Positions 25,812-36,073 of a DNA stretch of 64,000 nt are shown here, one piece after another. The notes beneath the pieces are model-generated. The model was not told the DNA's origin, searched no databases, and saw only the letters and a program-made list of their open reading frames with translations. The first letter of the stretch is position 1. Each line of letters starts with the position of its first letter. Position numbers and translations under genes: made by a program. Source of the DNA: Actinomycetes bacterium (GTDB taxonomy: Bacteria; Actinomycetota; Actinomycetes; S36-B12); contig CBFHQG010000003.1 in NCBI GenBank assembly GCA_965657825.1, forward strand, positions 910 to 64,909, read 5' to 3'.

Positions 25812-27224
25812 TCAGGCGCCGGGTTGGCAGCCGCATCGGGCGAGGATGGCGGCGGCTTGATCGAGCAGGGAGCGCGCATCGAAGACATCCACCGCGGAAT
25901 TACTGATGAAGGAGAAGACCAGCAGCCGTCCGTCGCGATCCACGACCGTGCCGGCCAGGGCGGACACCCCGGACAGCGTGCCGGTCTTGGCGTGCACGAC
26001 CCCCGCACCCGCGTAGGTGCTCTCGGTGTAGAAGCGGTCGGCGAGGGTGCCGGTCACCCCGGCCACCGCCAGCCCCCCGAGTACCGGCCAGCCCCAGCCC
26101 CCGGCCAACCCGGAGGAGGTAGGGCGGGTGAGCGCGCTGAGCACCTGGGCGAAGGTGCGGGTGGGCACCCGGTTGTCCACCGACAACCCACTGCCATCGA
26201 ATAGTGCGACCCCGGTCGTGGAGATCCCCATCCCGGTCAGCGCCGCGGTCGTCGCCTGGGCACCGGTGTCGAAGCTGCCCACGCCGAACCGCACCGCCCC
26301 GGCGAGATGGGCGAGGATCTCGGCGTAGTCGTTATCGGAATCGGTGAGCATCCGCTGCACGATCGCCGCGAGCGGCACCGATTCGGTCGCGGCGATCTGC
26401 CGCGCACTGCCCACTCGACCCGGCTGTGGGGCGGCGACGGCCAGACCACGTTGGCGGAGCAGGTCGGCGAAGACCTCGGCGGCCGCGAGCGCGGGATCGG
26501 GCTGGCGCACCTCGCCGCCGGGGATGCGCGCGGAATCCACGACCAGTGGTGACACCGGGGCAGCGACCCCTGTCGCGGGATAGTCCGGGGACCAGCCGAT
26601 CGCCAGGGTCGGGCCTTCGAACAGCGAGGTGTCGTACCCCAGTTGGATGCTCGCCCCCGCCCCGGGGCCATCACCGGCGGCCAGCACCGCGTCGGCGAGT
26701 GCTGCCAGCGAGGACCCCTCCCCGGACATCGACGACAGGGTCGGGTCACCGGCGCCGACGAGTACCAGCGTCGCCGTCGCCGGATCCCAGTGCGCCGTGG
26801 TCACCAGGCGAGTGGACGGCCCGACCGCCTGCAGGACGGACACGGCCGTGAGGATCTTGACCACCGAGCCGGGGGTTCGAGGGGTATCGCCGTCCCGGTC
26901 GTACAGCAAGACCCCGGTCGCCGGATCGAACACCACCGCACCCACCTGAGGTCCGAGGGCGTCGATCGGCCCATCGAGGAGTTCGGCCAATGTCGCCGGA
27001 TCCGGCGGAGTGGTGTTCGCAGAATCGGCGAGCGGCAGCACCGGACCAGCCGGCCCGGTCAGGGCGCCTTCCTGCCCCTGAACACTCGACGCGGTCAGCA
27101 GTGCCGAGGTCGCGAGCAGGGCGATTCCCGCCACGGATGCCAGCATCCGCCTCGGCGTCCGCCTCGTCGTGATGACCACGTGCTCCCTCTCGCCGCTGCT
27201 CGATTCGCGGGCTGCCCCCCGCAC
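25812..27224 (-). CDS. dacB: D-alanyl-D-alanine carboxypeptidase/endopeptidase (PBP4 family)
   Basis: 470 aa with a signal peptide/TM. Contains SVVKILT (SxxK), a SDN motif (TDSDNDYAE) and KTGTL. Confidence 0.85.
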   Translation of the reverse strand: MRGAARESSSGEREHVVITTRRTPRRMLASVAGIALLATSALLTASSVQGQEGALTGPAGPVLPLADSANTTPPDPATLAELLDGPIDALGPQVGAVVFDPATGVLLYDRDGDTPRTPGSVVKILTAVSVLQAVGPSTRLVTTAHWDPATATLVLVGAGDPTLSSMSGEGSSLAALADAVLAAGDGPGAGASIQLGYDTSLFEGPTLAIGWSPDYPATGVAAPVSPLVVDSARIPGGEVRQPDPALAAAEVFADLLRQRGLAVAAPQPGRVGSARQIAATESVPLAAIVQRMLTDSDNDYAEILAHLAGAVRFGVGSFDTGAQATTAALTGMGISTTGVALFDGSGLSVDNRVPTRTFAQVLSALTRPTSSGLAGGWGWPVLGGLAVAGVTGTLADRFYTESTYAGAGVVHAKTGTLSGVSALAGTVVDRDGRLLVFSFISNSAVDVFDARSLLDQAAAILARCGCQPGA

Positions 27225-27273
27225 AGACCCGCCGTAGGGAACACTAGGTCACGACCAACCCCGAGGAGGAGTT

Positions 27274-27780
27274 GTGACACCCCTGGAGTTCGACGTCACC
27301 GTGGAGATCCCAACCGGGAGCCGGAACAAGTACGAGATGGATCACACAACCGGGCGGATCCGCCTCGACCGGATGCTGTTCACCTCGACGCGCTACCCCC
27401 ATGACTACGGGTTCGTCGATGACACCCTCGGTCTCGACGGCGATCCGCTCGATGCGCTCGTGCTCGTGCAGGAGGCGACCTTCCCCGGAGTGGTCATCCG
27501 CTGCCGAGCGGTCGGGATGTTCCGCATGACAGACGAGGCCGGTGGGGACGACAAGGTCCTGTGCGTACCGGTCGGCGATCCCAGACTCGATCACGTGCGC
27601 GACATCTACCATGTCGCGGAATTCGATCGACTGGAGATCCAACACTTCTTCGAGGTGTACAAGGATCTCGAGCCGGGTAAATCCGTCGAGGGCGCCAGTT
27701 GGGTCGGCCGCGAGGAAGCCGAGGCTGAGATCCTCGAATCCTATGAGCGCCACCGCAAGCATCAATCCCTTGAGAGTTGA
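27274..27780 (+). CDS. ppa: inorganic pyrophosphatase
   Basis: 168 aa. GAGGAGGA lies upstream of the GTG. Motifs [11 protein letters not shown] and [10 protein letters not shown]. Confidence 0.95.
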   Translation: MTPLEFDVTVEIPTGSRNKYEMDHTTGRIRLDRMLFTSTRYPHDYGFVDDTLGLDGDPLDALVLVQEATFPGVVIRCRAVGMFRMTDEAGGDDKVLCVPVGDPRLDHVRDIYHVAEFDRLEIQHFFEVYKDLEPGKSVEGASWVGREEAEAEILESYERHRKHQSLES

Positions 27781-27790
27781 TGCAGCACAG

Positions 27791-28249
27791 ATGAGTGACA
27801 ACGGATCTCCGCGACGGTGCGACGTCGCGATCGCGGCCACGACCAGCGTGCGGTGGAGCGACGTCGACATCTACGGTCACGTCAACAACGTCGCGTACTA
27901 CTCCTATGTTGATTCGGCAGTCAACGGCTGGCTGATGGGCGCAATCGGTGAGGATCTGCGGCGACTCGATTCGATCGGGATCGTCGCAGAGACCGGATGC
28001 CGGTATCTCGCCGAGATCGACTTCCCTGCCCGCGTCGATATCGGGTTGGCCACCGAGCGGATCGGCACCTCCAGCGTGGTGTATCGGTTCGCGATCTTCC
28101 TCGCCGACGACGACGTTCTGCGAGCGACCGGACGATTCGTGCACGTCTACGTCGATCGAGACCATCGTCGACCCACCTCCATCCCCGACCAGGTACGTCG
28201 TGCGGTCGAGGGCCTCCCCCACCTCACCGTCAGCGAGAACGCATCGTGA
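27791..28249 (+). CDS. acyl-CoA thioesterase, 4HBT/YbgC-like hotdog fold
   Basis: 152 aa from the ATG at 27791. VRWSDVDIYGHVNNVAYYSY is a typical 4HBT motif. Confidence 0.8.
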   Translation: MSDNGSPRRCDVAIAATTSVRWSDVDIYGHVNNVAYYSYVDSAVNGWLMGAIGEDLRRLDSIGIVAETGCRYLAEIDFPARVDIGLATERIGTSSVVYRFAIFLADDDVLRATGRFVHVYVDRDHRRPTSIPDQVRRAVEGLPHLTVSENAS

Positions 28250-29361
28250 AGATCACCGGATCGGTCCTGCAGTCCATCGCAGCCCCCCAGCCCTATGCCG
28301 AATCACGCCCCATCAGCGTGCACGAGCTCACCCTCGATCCACCGGGACCCAGCGAGTGCCTGATCGAGATCGAGGCGGCCGGGATCTGCCACTCCGACCT
28401 GTCGGTCGTCAGCGGGGTGCGGGTGCGACCGGTCCCCATGCTGCTCGGGCATGAGGCGGCCGGTCGCGTGGTCGAGGTGGGCGAGCAGGTCACCGACGTG
28501 CGAGTCGGCGAGCGCGTCATCATGACCTTCCTGCCGCGATGCGAGGAGTGCGCGGCGTGCCGTACCGGGGGTCGGGTGCCCTGCGAGATCGGCAGCGCTC
28601 GCAACAACGCCGGGGTGCTGTTCAACGGCGATATCCGCCTCCATGACGATTCCGGTCCGGTACTGCACCACCTCGGTGTCTCCGCGTTCGCGAACTACGC
28701 CGTGGTCGACCAGCGCTCCCTCGTGGCGCTCCCAGAGGACGTACCCGCCGATATCGCCGCGCTGTTCGGCTGCGCGGTCCTCACCGGGGGCGGAGCGGTG
28801 TGGAACATCGCGCGCCCCGTACCGGGGTCGAGCCTGGCGGTGATCGGCCTCGGAGGCGTCGGCCTCGCGGCGCTACTCACCGCACTCGCCGAACCCGATG
28901 TCGACGTGATCGCCATCGACCCGATCGAGGCCAAGCGCGAACTCGCGCTGCGGCTGGGGGCGCACCGAGCCCTCACCCCCGACCAGGCGGCAGCCGAGGG
29001 GGTGCGCGTCGACGCTGTCATCGAAGCCTCCGGGCATCCCGCTGCCCTGTCCGCCGGCATCGACCTGCTCTCCGCGGGTGGAGTCCTGGCCGCGACCGGC
29101 CTCGCCGCACCCGATGCCACCACCACGATCTCGCCGCTGCGACTGGTGGCCCAGGCCCTCACCGTGTCCGGCTGCTACCTGGGGTCCTCCGTCCCCCGCC
29201 GCGACATCCCTCGCTTCATCGACCTGTGGCGTGCCGGCCGGCTCCCTCTCGAGGCGATCATCAGCCACCGCATTCCGATGGCGGACCTGGACTCCCAGAT
29301 CAACATCGCGATGGACCGGCTCGACTCCGGCGAAGCGCTTCGCCAGGTCATCGTCGCCTGA
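28246..29361 (+). CDS. zinc-dependent alcohol dehydrogenase family protein
   Basis: 371 aa. The GTG at 28246 overlaps the upstream stop (GTGA). Motifs GICHSD, GHEAAGRVVEVG, a CxxCxxC cluster and GLGGVGLAA. Confidence 0.85.
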   Translation: MKITGSVLQSIAAPQPYAESRPISVHELTLDPPGPSECLIEIEAAGICHSDLSVVSGVRVRPVPMLLGHEAAGRVVEVGEQVTDVRVGERVIMTFLPRCEECAACRTGGRVPCEIGSARNNAGVLFNGDIRLHDDSGPVLHHLGVSAFANYAVVDQRSLVALPEDVPADIAALFGCAVLTGGGAVWNIARPVPGSSLAVIGLGGVGLAALLTALAEPDVDVIAIDPIEAKRELALRLGAHRALTPDQAAAEGVRVDAVIEASGHPAALSAGIDLLSAGGVLAATGLAAPDATTTISPLRLVAQALTVSGCYLGSSVPRRDIPRFIDLWRAGRLPLEAIISHRIPMADLDSQINIAMDRLDSGEALRQVIVA

Positions 29362-29425
29362 CCGGCCGGAGTTCCATTCGCACCATGTCCTCAAAGCCCT
29401 GTCGCGATGGGGCAGACTGGCCGGC

Positions 29426-29965
29426 ATGAGTTCGCCTCCGGCCGACGGCACCGATCGCCCTGTGGCGCCTGGTTCCGGAGACGGTTGGGTGACCTTGGCC
29501 AATGGCCGGGTGCTGTGGGGGCGGTTCGGGGCGGCCGGGCTGCTGCTCGGCCATGTCGACGACGACGGCACGCAGCGATTTCTGCTCGCCCGTCGCGCAG
29601 CCTGGGTTCATCGAGGCCACGGCACCTGGTCGGTGCCCGGCGGTGCGATCGACTCGCACGAGGACCCGGTGACCGCTGCCCTGCGCGAGTTCGACGAGGA
29701 GATCGGCCGTGTCCCCGACGGCTACGACCTGATCGGCGTGCACGAGGAGGTCGTCGAGACCGGCGTGTGGAGCTACCACACCTGTTGCGCGCGAGTGACC
29801 GAACGCCCCGACTATGACGCCACGTTGTCGCCGGAGAACGATGAGGCCGCCTGGTGGTCTCGCCACGAACTCCAGCAGATCCCACTCTTCGACCCCTTCG
29901 CCGAACAACTACCCCGACTGCTGGCGATCTTCGATGCAGGTGAGGTCAGGGGCGACGGCGGCTGA
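29426..29965 (+). CDS. NUDIX hydrolase
   Basis: 179 aa from the ATG at 29426 with the Nudix box GGAIDSHEDPVTAALREFDEEIG. Confidence 0.8.
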   Translation: MSSPPADGTDRPVAPGSGDGWVTLANGRVLWGRFGAAGLLLGHVDDDGTQRFLLARRAAWVHRGHGTWSVPGGAIDSHEDPVTAALREFDEEIGRVPDGYDLIGVHEEVVETGVWSYHTCCARVTERPDYDATLSPENDEAAWWSRHELQQIPLFDPFAEQLPRLLAIFDAGEVRGDGG

Positions 29966-30365
29966 CCAGAATCAGCAGGACGTAGGCGAAACAGAACGCC
30001 GCCCCGACACCCAGATAGGCCCAGCGCACCGGGGTCCACTCCCCCGGCAGGGTGATCGTGAGCACCGTCATCAACCCACCGCTGATGATCATCACCACCG
30101 CCGCACCGAGCACGGGATGGTCCGGTGCCCGTCGGACCAGCCACATCTGACCGGAAAGGCCGAGCAGAGCGGCGCCCAGCATCTGCAGTGTCCAGGTCGC
30201 ATCGACCACCGTCGACAAACCCAGCCATTCGGCCATGAGAGCAGGAGAGACCACCAACAGCAGGCCCGAAGCGACGAAGACCAGCGAACCGAGGCCGAGC
30301 ACCACCCGGATCAGGCGCGCGGAGATCGGCACACCGGATAAATCGCGGAGATCAGCCTCCGTCAT
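29946..30365 (-). CDS. small integral membrane protein (4 TM), unknown function
   Basis: 139-aa ORF with four hydrophobic helices. Its 3' end overlaps the convergent NUDIX gene by 20 nt. Confidence 0.55.
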   Translation of the reverse strand: MTEADLRDLSGVPISARLIRVVLGLGSLVFVASGLLLVVSPALMAEWLGLSTVVDATWTLQMLGAALLGLSGQMWLVRRAPDHPVLGAAVVMIISGGLMTVLTITLPGEWTPVRWAYLGVGAAFCFAYVLLILVSRRRP

Positions 30366-30412
30366 GACACGACGGTATCGGCGCAGAGGCGGTGAACGTC
30401 GTTAATGCGCGA

Positions 30413-30994
30413 TCACGCCGTCGGCGCGTCGCCGGACAGGAGATCCTGCGCGTGCAGGCTGACTCGGTACCGCCCCGACGGCCCCTCGGGAGTGAGAAGC
30501 GCGATCAGATCGAACCGGTCACCGGGCCACGGGTCGGGGATGTCATCGGGATTGACCACATCGAAGGCGCGCAGCAGGTCAGGGATGTGCCCGTGATCCC
30601 AGACGATGAGGGTCTGCTGACCGCAGCTGCGCACCTGGGACGCCAGCGCCCCCTCAGCGCCGCGCGCATGATGATGGTGCACGTCGAGCCCCAGGCGTGC
30701 GGCGATCGGATGCGCGGTGTCCAGGCAGCGGTGGCTGCGGTTGTCATGCGTGGCCGGCGCAGCGTGCACCCGTTCGGGCCGGATCCAGACATCACCCTGC
30801 TCACCCGCATGGTCGAAGCGCACCGCGAGCGCCCCCGCCCGGCTCCACCCGCGCGGGGTCAGCCCGTGGGCGCTCGGTGCACCGTGCGCATCGACCCCGT
30901 GCTGCTCGGGGGCGTCACCCTCGGCCGGATGCGGCTTCTCAGCGTGGCGGATCACCATCACGGTCCCCGCCTCCGGCACGGCATTCACGCTCAC
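30413..30994 (-). CDS. histidine phosphatase (phosphoglycerate mutase-like) family protein
   Basis: 193 aa with MVIRHAEKP (RHxE catalytic motif) and a second His motif (WDHGH). It starts 1 nt after the TetR stop. Confidence 0.7.
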   Translation of the reverse strand: MSVNAVPEAGTVMVIRHAEKPHPAEGDAPEQHGVDAHGAPSAHGLTPRGWSRAGALAVRFDHAGEQGDVWIRPERVHAAPATHDNRSHRCLDTAHPIAARLGLDVHHHHARGAEGALASQVRSCGQQTLIVWDHGHIPDLLRAFDVVNPDDIPDPWPGDRFDLIALLTPEGPSGRYRVSLHAQDLLSGDAPTA

Positions 30995-30995
30995 C

Positions 30996-31559
30996 TCAGC
31001 CCCCCGACTCGGCCAAATCCAACTCGGCGAACAGCGAGGTGGTCAGGTGAGTGACCAGATCGGCGCGGCGCACGGTGTGGGGATCCCACGCCAGGACGGT
31101 CTCCTCCATCCCGACCAACCAGCCGCGCAGAATCAATCGTGCGAGCGGCCCGGCATCGGATCGACCGGCAGCCTCCAGCCAGCGCGGTACCAGAGCATCC
31201 CGCACCCGAGCCATGGCCTCGACCACCCGCACATCACCGCCGCCGGCTCCGCGGACCAGCGAGGTGTAGCCGACCCGGTTGCGCTCGACGAGTCGGACGA
31301 ACCCGTCGATGAGGGTGCGGACGCGCTCGACGGGAGTGGTCTCGGGTGCGACTCGCACGGGCTTGAGCATGCGCTCCCCCGCTGCCTCGACGACGGCGGC
31401 GTAGTAGTCGCCCTTCGTCGGGAAGTAGTGGAACAGCAGGGTTCGCGAGATGCCCGCGGCCGACGCGACCTCATCGAGGGCGAGTTCGTGGATCGCTCGG
31501 GTCTGCAGCAACTGCCACCCCACCTCGACGAGTTGACGGCGTCGGTCGCCCCCGCTCAT
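30996..31559 (-). CDS. TetR/AcrR family transcriptional regulator
   Basis: The ATG at 31559 gives 187 aa starting MSGGDRRRQLVEVG, with the HTH LDEVASAAGISRTLLFHYFPTKGDY. The longest ORF (GTG at 31670) adds a (GSTGTT)n tail and overlaps the fadB stop. The start is therefore uncertain. Confidence 0.8.
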   Translation of the reverse strand: MSGGDRRRQLVEVGWQLLQTRAIHELALDEVASAAGISRTLLFHYFPTKGDYYAAVVEAAGERMLKPVRVAPETTPVERVRTLIDGFVRLVERNRVGYTSLVRGAGGGDVRVVEAMARVRDALVPRWLEAAGRSDAGPLARLILRGWLVGMEETVLAWDPHTVRRADLVTHLTTSLFAELDLAESGG

Positions 31560-31580
31560 CCGCGAGCGGGTGGCGACCGA

Positions 31581-31634
31581 CGTCGTACCGGTTGAACTCG
31601 TCGTACCGGTTGAACCCGTCGTACCGGTGGAACC
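31581..31634. repeat. three tandem 18-bp units between fadB and the TetR gene
   Basis: CGTCGTACCGGTTGAACT / CGTCGTACCGGTTGAACC / CGTCGTACCGGTGGAACC. Each unit contains the palindromic core ACCGGT. Confidence 0.85.
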
Positions 31635-31653
31635 CGTGTCGAGTGAGTTCGCG

Positions 31654-33834
31654 TCAGGAATAGCTGCCACCGGAATCGGCCAGTGCGACCAGGGACGCCG
31701 GCGGGGTGAACCGGTCGCCGTACTCCGCGGCGAGCTCGCGGGCGCGAGCGACGAATCCCGCGGGTCCGCTCACGGTGCCGTCGGGTGACACGTATCCGCT
31801 GATGTACTGCAGCACACCCCCGGTCCAGGGCGGGAAGCCGATGCCGAAGATCGATCCGATGTTCGCCTCGGGTACCGACCGGAGCACGCCCTCATCGAGG
31901 CACTTGACGGTCTCGATGGCCTCGGCGAAGAGCATGCGCTCCTTCATGTCCACAAAGGGCATGTCGAGGTTGGTGCCGCCGAAGTTGTCGACCAGTCCAT
32001 CCCACAGGCCGAGGCGCTTGCCCTCGGCGTAGTCGTAGAACCCCGCGCCGGCTGCTCGACCACCTCGGTCGAACTCCACGACCATGCGGTCGATCGCCGG
32101 GTACGACGGATGGTCGGGGAAGGCAGCCCCTGCTTCCTCGGCAGCGACCCGCCCCTCCTCGCGAATGCGACGGCCCAGAGTGAGGCTGACCTCATCGAAC
32201 AGCGCGAGGGGTCCGGTGGGATAGCCGGCCTGCAGTCCCGCCTGCTCGATCGACGGCGCCGGCACGCCTTCGGCCAGCATGGCCACAGCCTCGCCCATGA
32301 AGGTGCCGATGACGCGACTGGTGAAGAAGCCACGGCTGTCGTTGACGACGATCGGGGTCTTCTTGATCGCAGCTGCCACGTCGAGCGCCTTGGCGATCGT
32401 GGCGTCGGAGGTCTTCTCCCCGACGACGATCTCCAGCAGCGGCATCTTGTCGACCGGTGAGAAGAAGTGCAGACCGATGAAGTCCTCGGGACGCTTGACC
32501 GCCTCGGCCAGACCCGTGATGGGCAGGGTCGAGGTGTTGGAGCCGAGCAGCGCATCGTCAGCGACGACCTGCTCGATCCGACCGAAGGTCTCCTGCTTGA
32601 GCTCGGAATTCTCGAAGACCGCCTCGATGACCAGATCGGCACCCTTGGCCAGGTCGAGGGAGTCGGTGGGCGTGATGCGCGCGAGCACCTCGTCGCGAGC
32701 CGCCTCGGTCATCCTGCCCCGCGACACGGCCTTGTCGAGGATCCCCTGGGAGTACGCCTTGCCCTTCTCCGCAGCCTCCACCGTCGTGTCGACGAGAACA
32801 ACCTCGATGCCGTTGCGCGCACAGACGTAGGCGATACCGGCGCCCATCATCCCCGCACCCATGACGAGTGCCTTCGTGGGCCGGTAGGTCGGGTAGCCCT
32901 CCGGGCGAGCCCCGCCCTTGGTGATGTGCTGCAGGTCGAAGAAGAACGCCTTGGTCATGTTCTTCGATGTCTGGCCCGTGGCCAGCATCGCGAAGTAGCG
33001 CCCTTCGATCTTCTCCGCGTTGGCGAAGTCGACCTGTGCTCCCTCGACGGCCGCGGACATGATCGCCAGCGGTGCCGGCATCGGCGCACCCTTGATCTGC
33101 TTGCGCAGATTGGCGGGGAAGGCCGGCAGCATCATGGCGAGCTTCGGGTTCGACGGTGCACCACCGGGCATCTTGTAGCCGGGGGCGTCCCACGGCTGCA
33201 CCGCATCGGGATGCTCCTTCACCCAGGCCTTCGCCTGCGCGAGCATCTGCTCGGGAGAATCCACGACCGCATCGACGAGGCCGACCTCGAGCGCCTTCGC
33301 AGGCTTGCGCCGCTGACCCTGCAGCAGCACCTCCATCAGCGCCTTCTGCAGACCGAACATCCGCGTCGTGCGCACCACGCCACCGGCCCCCGGCAGCAGG
33401 CCGAGGGTCACCTCGGGCAGGCCGATCTCCGAACCGCGCACGTCGAGGGCGATCCGATGGTGGCAGGCCAGGGCGATCTCCAGGCCACCGCCGAGTGCGG
33501 CACCGTTGATCGCCGCGGCCACCGGCTTGCCGCATGTCTCCAGGCGACGCAGTGCGGCCTTGATGCGGGTGATCTGCTGCTCGAGGGCCTCGGCATCGGC
33601 CGGCGTGGCCTGGATGATCAGGTTGAGATCGGCTCCGGCGAAGAAGGTCTTCTTGCCGCTGGTGAGCACGATGCCGGTGATGTCATCTACCTCCTCGGCG
33701 ATGCGATCCAAGGTGGCCTCGAGGGAGGAGATGAACGCCTCGTTCATCGTGTTGGCTCCCGCGCCGGCCTCGTCCATCGTGAGGGTGACGATGCCGTCGG
33801 CGTCGCGCTCCCAGGCGATCATGTTGGTCGTCAT
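31654..33834 (-). CDS. fadB: bifunctional enoyl-CoA hydratase / 3-hydroxyacyl-CoA dehydrogenase
   Basis: 726 aa. N-terminal crotonase fold (FFAGADL, GGGLEIALACH) followed by the NAD-binding motif VMGAGMMGAGIA. Confidence 0.9.
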   Translation of the reverse strand: MTTNMIAWERDADGIVTLTMDEAGAGANTMNEAFISSLEATLDRIAEEVDDITGIVLTSGKKTFFAGADLNLIIQATPADAEALEQQITRIKAALRRLETCGKPVAAAINGAALGGGLEIALACHHRIALDVRGSEIGLPEVTLGLLPGAGGVVRTTRMFGLQKALMEVLLQGQRRKPAKALEVGLVDAVVDSPEQMLAQAKAWVKEHPDAVQPWDAPGYKMPGGAPSNPKLAMMLPAFPANLRKQIKGAPMPAPLAIMSAAVEGAQVDFANAEKIEGRYFAMLATGQTSKNMTKAFFFDLQHITKGGARPEGYPTYRPTKALVMGAGMMGAGIAYVCARNGIEVVLVDTTVEAAEKGKAYSQGILDKAVSRGRMTEAARDEVLARITPTDSLDLAKGADLVIEAVFENSELKQETFGRIEQVVADDALLGSNTSTLPITGLAEAVKRPEDFIGLHFFSPVDKMPLLEIVVGEKTSDATIAKALDVAAAIKKTPIVVNDSRGFFTSRVIGTFMGEAVAMLAEGVPAPSIEQAGLQAGYPTGPLALFDEVSLTLGRRIREEGRVAAEEAGAAFPDHPSYPAIDRMVVEFDRGGRAAGAGFYDYAEGKRLGLWDGLVDNFGGTNLDMPFVDMKERMLFAEAIETVKCLDEGVLRSVPEANIGSIFGIGFPPWTGGVLQYISGYVSPDGTVSGPAGFVARARELAAEYGDRFTPPASLVALADSGGSYS

Positions 33835-33872
33835 GTGTTCTGCTGCTCCCTAGATTCTCTGCCGTCGCGCGA

Positions 33873-35087
33873 TCAGACGCGCTCGATGATGGTGGCGATG
33901 CCCATTCCGCCGCCGATGCACAGTGTGATCAGGCCATAGCGACCGCCGATGCGATCGAGTTCGTCCATGACCGTGCCGGTGATCATCGCGCCGGTGGCAC
34001 CGATCGGATGCCCCATGGCGATCGCACCGCCGTTGACATTGACCTGCTCGATGTCGAGGTTGAAGTCGCGCATCCACTTCAAGACGACCGAGGCGAAGGC
34101 CTCATTCAACTCCCAGACGTCGATGTCGGCGGGGGTCAGACCGGCGGACGCGAGGACCTTGTTGGTCGCCGGTGTCGGGCCGGTCAGCATGATCGTGGGA
34201 TCCGCACCGGTCACCGCGGTCGCCACGACCCGAGCGCGTGGCGCGAGCCCTGCAGCTGCACCGGCGGCCTCGTTACCCACGAGGGTCAACGCGGCACCGT
34301 CGACGATGCCCGAGGAGTTGCCCGGGGTGTGCACGTGATCGATCCGCTCCACCCAATGGAACTTCTGCAGCGCGACGGCATCGAAGCCCCCCATGTCGCC
34401 CATCGCGGCGAAGGACGGGTTGAGCTTGGACAGGGATTCCACCGTGGTGTCGGGGCGGATGAACTCGTCGTGGTCGAGGATGGTCACGCCGTTGATGTCC
34501 TTGACCGGCACCACCGACTTGGCGAAGCGACCGCTGGACCACGCCGCCGCCGCCCGCTCCTGGGAACGCACCGCGTAGGAGTCGACGTCGTCGCGGCTGA
34601 AGCCCTCGACGGTCGCGATGAGATCCGCGCTGATGCCCTGCGGCACGAAGTAGGAGTTATATGCCGTCTCCGGGTCCATGGCCCACGGGCCGCCGTCGCT
34701 GCCCATCGGCACACGACTCATCGACTCCACACCGCCGGCGAGCAGCATCTGATCCCAGCCGGCGCGCACCTTCTGAGCGGCGATATTGATCGCCTCGAGG
34801 CCGGAGGAGCAGTAGCGGTTGATCTGCATGCCGGCGACGGTGTCGGGAAGGCCGGCGGCGATAGCGGCGGTCTTGGCGATGTCGGCGCCCTGGTCACCCA
34901 GCGGGGTGAGGCAGCCGAGGATCAGGTCGTCGATCTGATTCGGGTCCAGACCCGGGTGGCGGGCCTGCATCTCGTCGATGAGTCCGGTCACGAGAGACAC
35001 CGGCTTGACGCTGTGGAGGGAGCCGTTGGCCTTGCCGCGACCGCGCGGGGTGCGGATCGCCTCATAGATATATGCCTCGTTCGCCAT
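33873..35087 (-). CDS. fadA: acetyl-CoA C-acyltransferase (thiolase)
   Basis: 404 aa from the ATG at 35087. Motifs [10 protein letters not shown] (active-site Cys), [17 protein letters not shown] and CIGGGMG. Confidence 0.92.
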   Translation of the reverse strand: MANEAYIYEAIRTPRGRGKANGSLHSVKPVSLVTGLIDEMQARHPGLDPNQIDDLILGCLTPLGDQGADIAKTAAIAAGLPDTVAGMQINRYCSSGLEAINIAAQKVRAGWDQMLLAGGVESMSRVPMGSDGGPWAMDPETAYNSYFVPQGISADLIATVEGFSRDDVDSYAVRSQERAAAAWSSGRFAKSVVPVKDINGVTILDHDEFIRPDTTVESLSKLNPSFAAMGDMGGFDAVALQKFHWVERIDHVHTPGNSSGIVDGAALTLVGNEAAGAAAGLAPRARVVATAVTGADPTIMLTGPTPATNKVLASAGLTPADIDVWELNEAFASVVLKWMRDFNLDIEQVNVNGGAIAMGHPIGATGAMITGTVMDELDRIGGRYGLITLCIGGGMGIATIIERV

Positions 35088-35227
35088 GGTGAGCCCTTCT
35101 GTGAACGCCGCCGCCGGCAGCCGATGCTTATTGAGCAACTGTCAACAACAAGGCTACTCCCGGCTCCGCACCGCCACAAGGGGGTGACGTCGTTGGATCT
35201 GCGCCACCACCCCACTACCCTGCGGGC

Positions 35228-36073
35228 ATGGCGCGTGGATCCTGGGGACAAAGCAAGCAGTTGACCACCAAGTCGTGGGGCATCATCAAGGACAACCGGT
35301 ACCTGCTGGCCTTCCCCGTCCTGGGCTTCGTGGGCAGCCTGATCCCCCTGGCGATCTTCTGGGCCCCCGCCGCGTGGTTCCTGGCCGCCGATAACTACGT
35401 CCCCGCGGTGGCGCTGGCCATCATCGGCATCTTCGCCACCCAGATCGTCATCTCGATCACCAGCGGTGGTCTCGTGGCGGCAGCCGATACCGAACTCGCC
35501 GGAGGCGACTCCTCTCTGGGCCACGGCATCGGCGCATCGCTCGCCCGCCTGTTCCCGTTGATCGGCTGGGCGTTCGTCCAGACGGTCATCAACATCATCG
35601 TCGGCCTGATCCGCGGCAATAACCAGGGCGGTGCCGCATCGGTGGTTCGCAACATCGCTGCGTCGGGGATCCTCGCCATGTGGAGCCTCATCACGTTCTT
35701 CGCGGTGCCCTTCATCATGCTCGAGAAGGTCGGGCCCATCACCGCGATCAAGGAGTCGGCCAAACTTTTCAAGGCCAAGTGGGGCCTGCAGATCTTCGGC
35801 GGGGTGCGTATCGGGGGTGTGGTCGCCCTGATCACCATCCTGCCGGCGATCCTGGTGATCGTGCTCGGGTTCGTGCTGACGCTGTCGAACCTGTGGGCCA
35901 TCGGGGTGCCGTTCATCGTGATCGGCGTGATCGTCTTCGCGATCGGCGCCCTACTACTGTCGACCCTGCGCGGCATCTTCTCAGTCGTGCTGTTCCGTTA
36001 CGCCAAGGACGGCGCTCTCGAGGGTGGCTTCACCGAGGACGAGCTCGCCGGCGCGGTACGCACGCGAGCGTGA
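35228..36073 (+). CDS. polytopic membrane protein (DUF6159-like), unknown function
   Basis: 281 aa with about 6 TM helices. Its stop overlaps the GTG of the next gene (GTGA). Confidence 0.6.
   Translation: MARGSWGQSKQLTTKSWGIIKDNRYLLAFPVLGFVGSLIPLAIFWAPAAWFLAADNYVPAVALAIIGIFATQIVISITSGGLVAAADTELAGGDSSLGHGIGASLARLFPLIGWAFVQTVINIIVGLIRGNNQGGAASVVRNIAASGILAMWSLITFFAVPFIMLEKVGPITAIKESAKLFKAKWGLQIFGGVRIGGVVALITILPAILVIVLGFVLTLSNLWAIGVPFIVIGVIVFAIGALLLSTLRGIFSVVLFRYAKDGALEGGFTEDELAGAVRTRA

Noticed and set aside
32467-33939. A 490-aa plus-strand ORF antisense to fadB. Similar cases are 40766-42304 (antisense to hutU), 49398-50756, 24933-26204 and 53051-54129.
   Set aside because: All are shadow ORFs opposite genes with unambiguous conserved motifs. 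Their translations are dominated by Arg, Gly, His, Asp and Leu with no domain signatures.
35088-35227. The weak inverted repeat TTGAG-CAACTG-TCAA upstream of fadA, as a possible operator.
   Set aside because: The arms are only 4-5 bp, which is indistinguishable from chance, so it is not reported as a feature.
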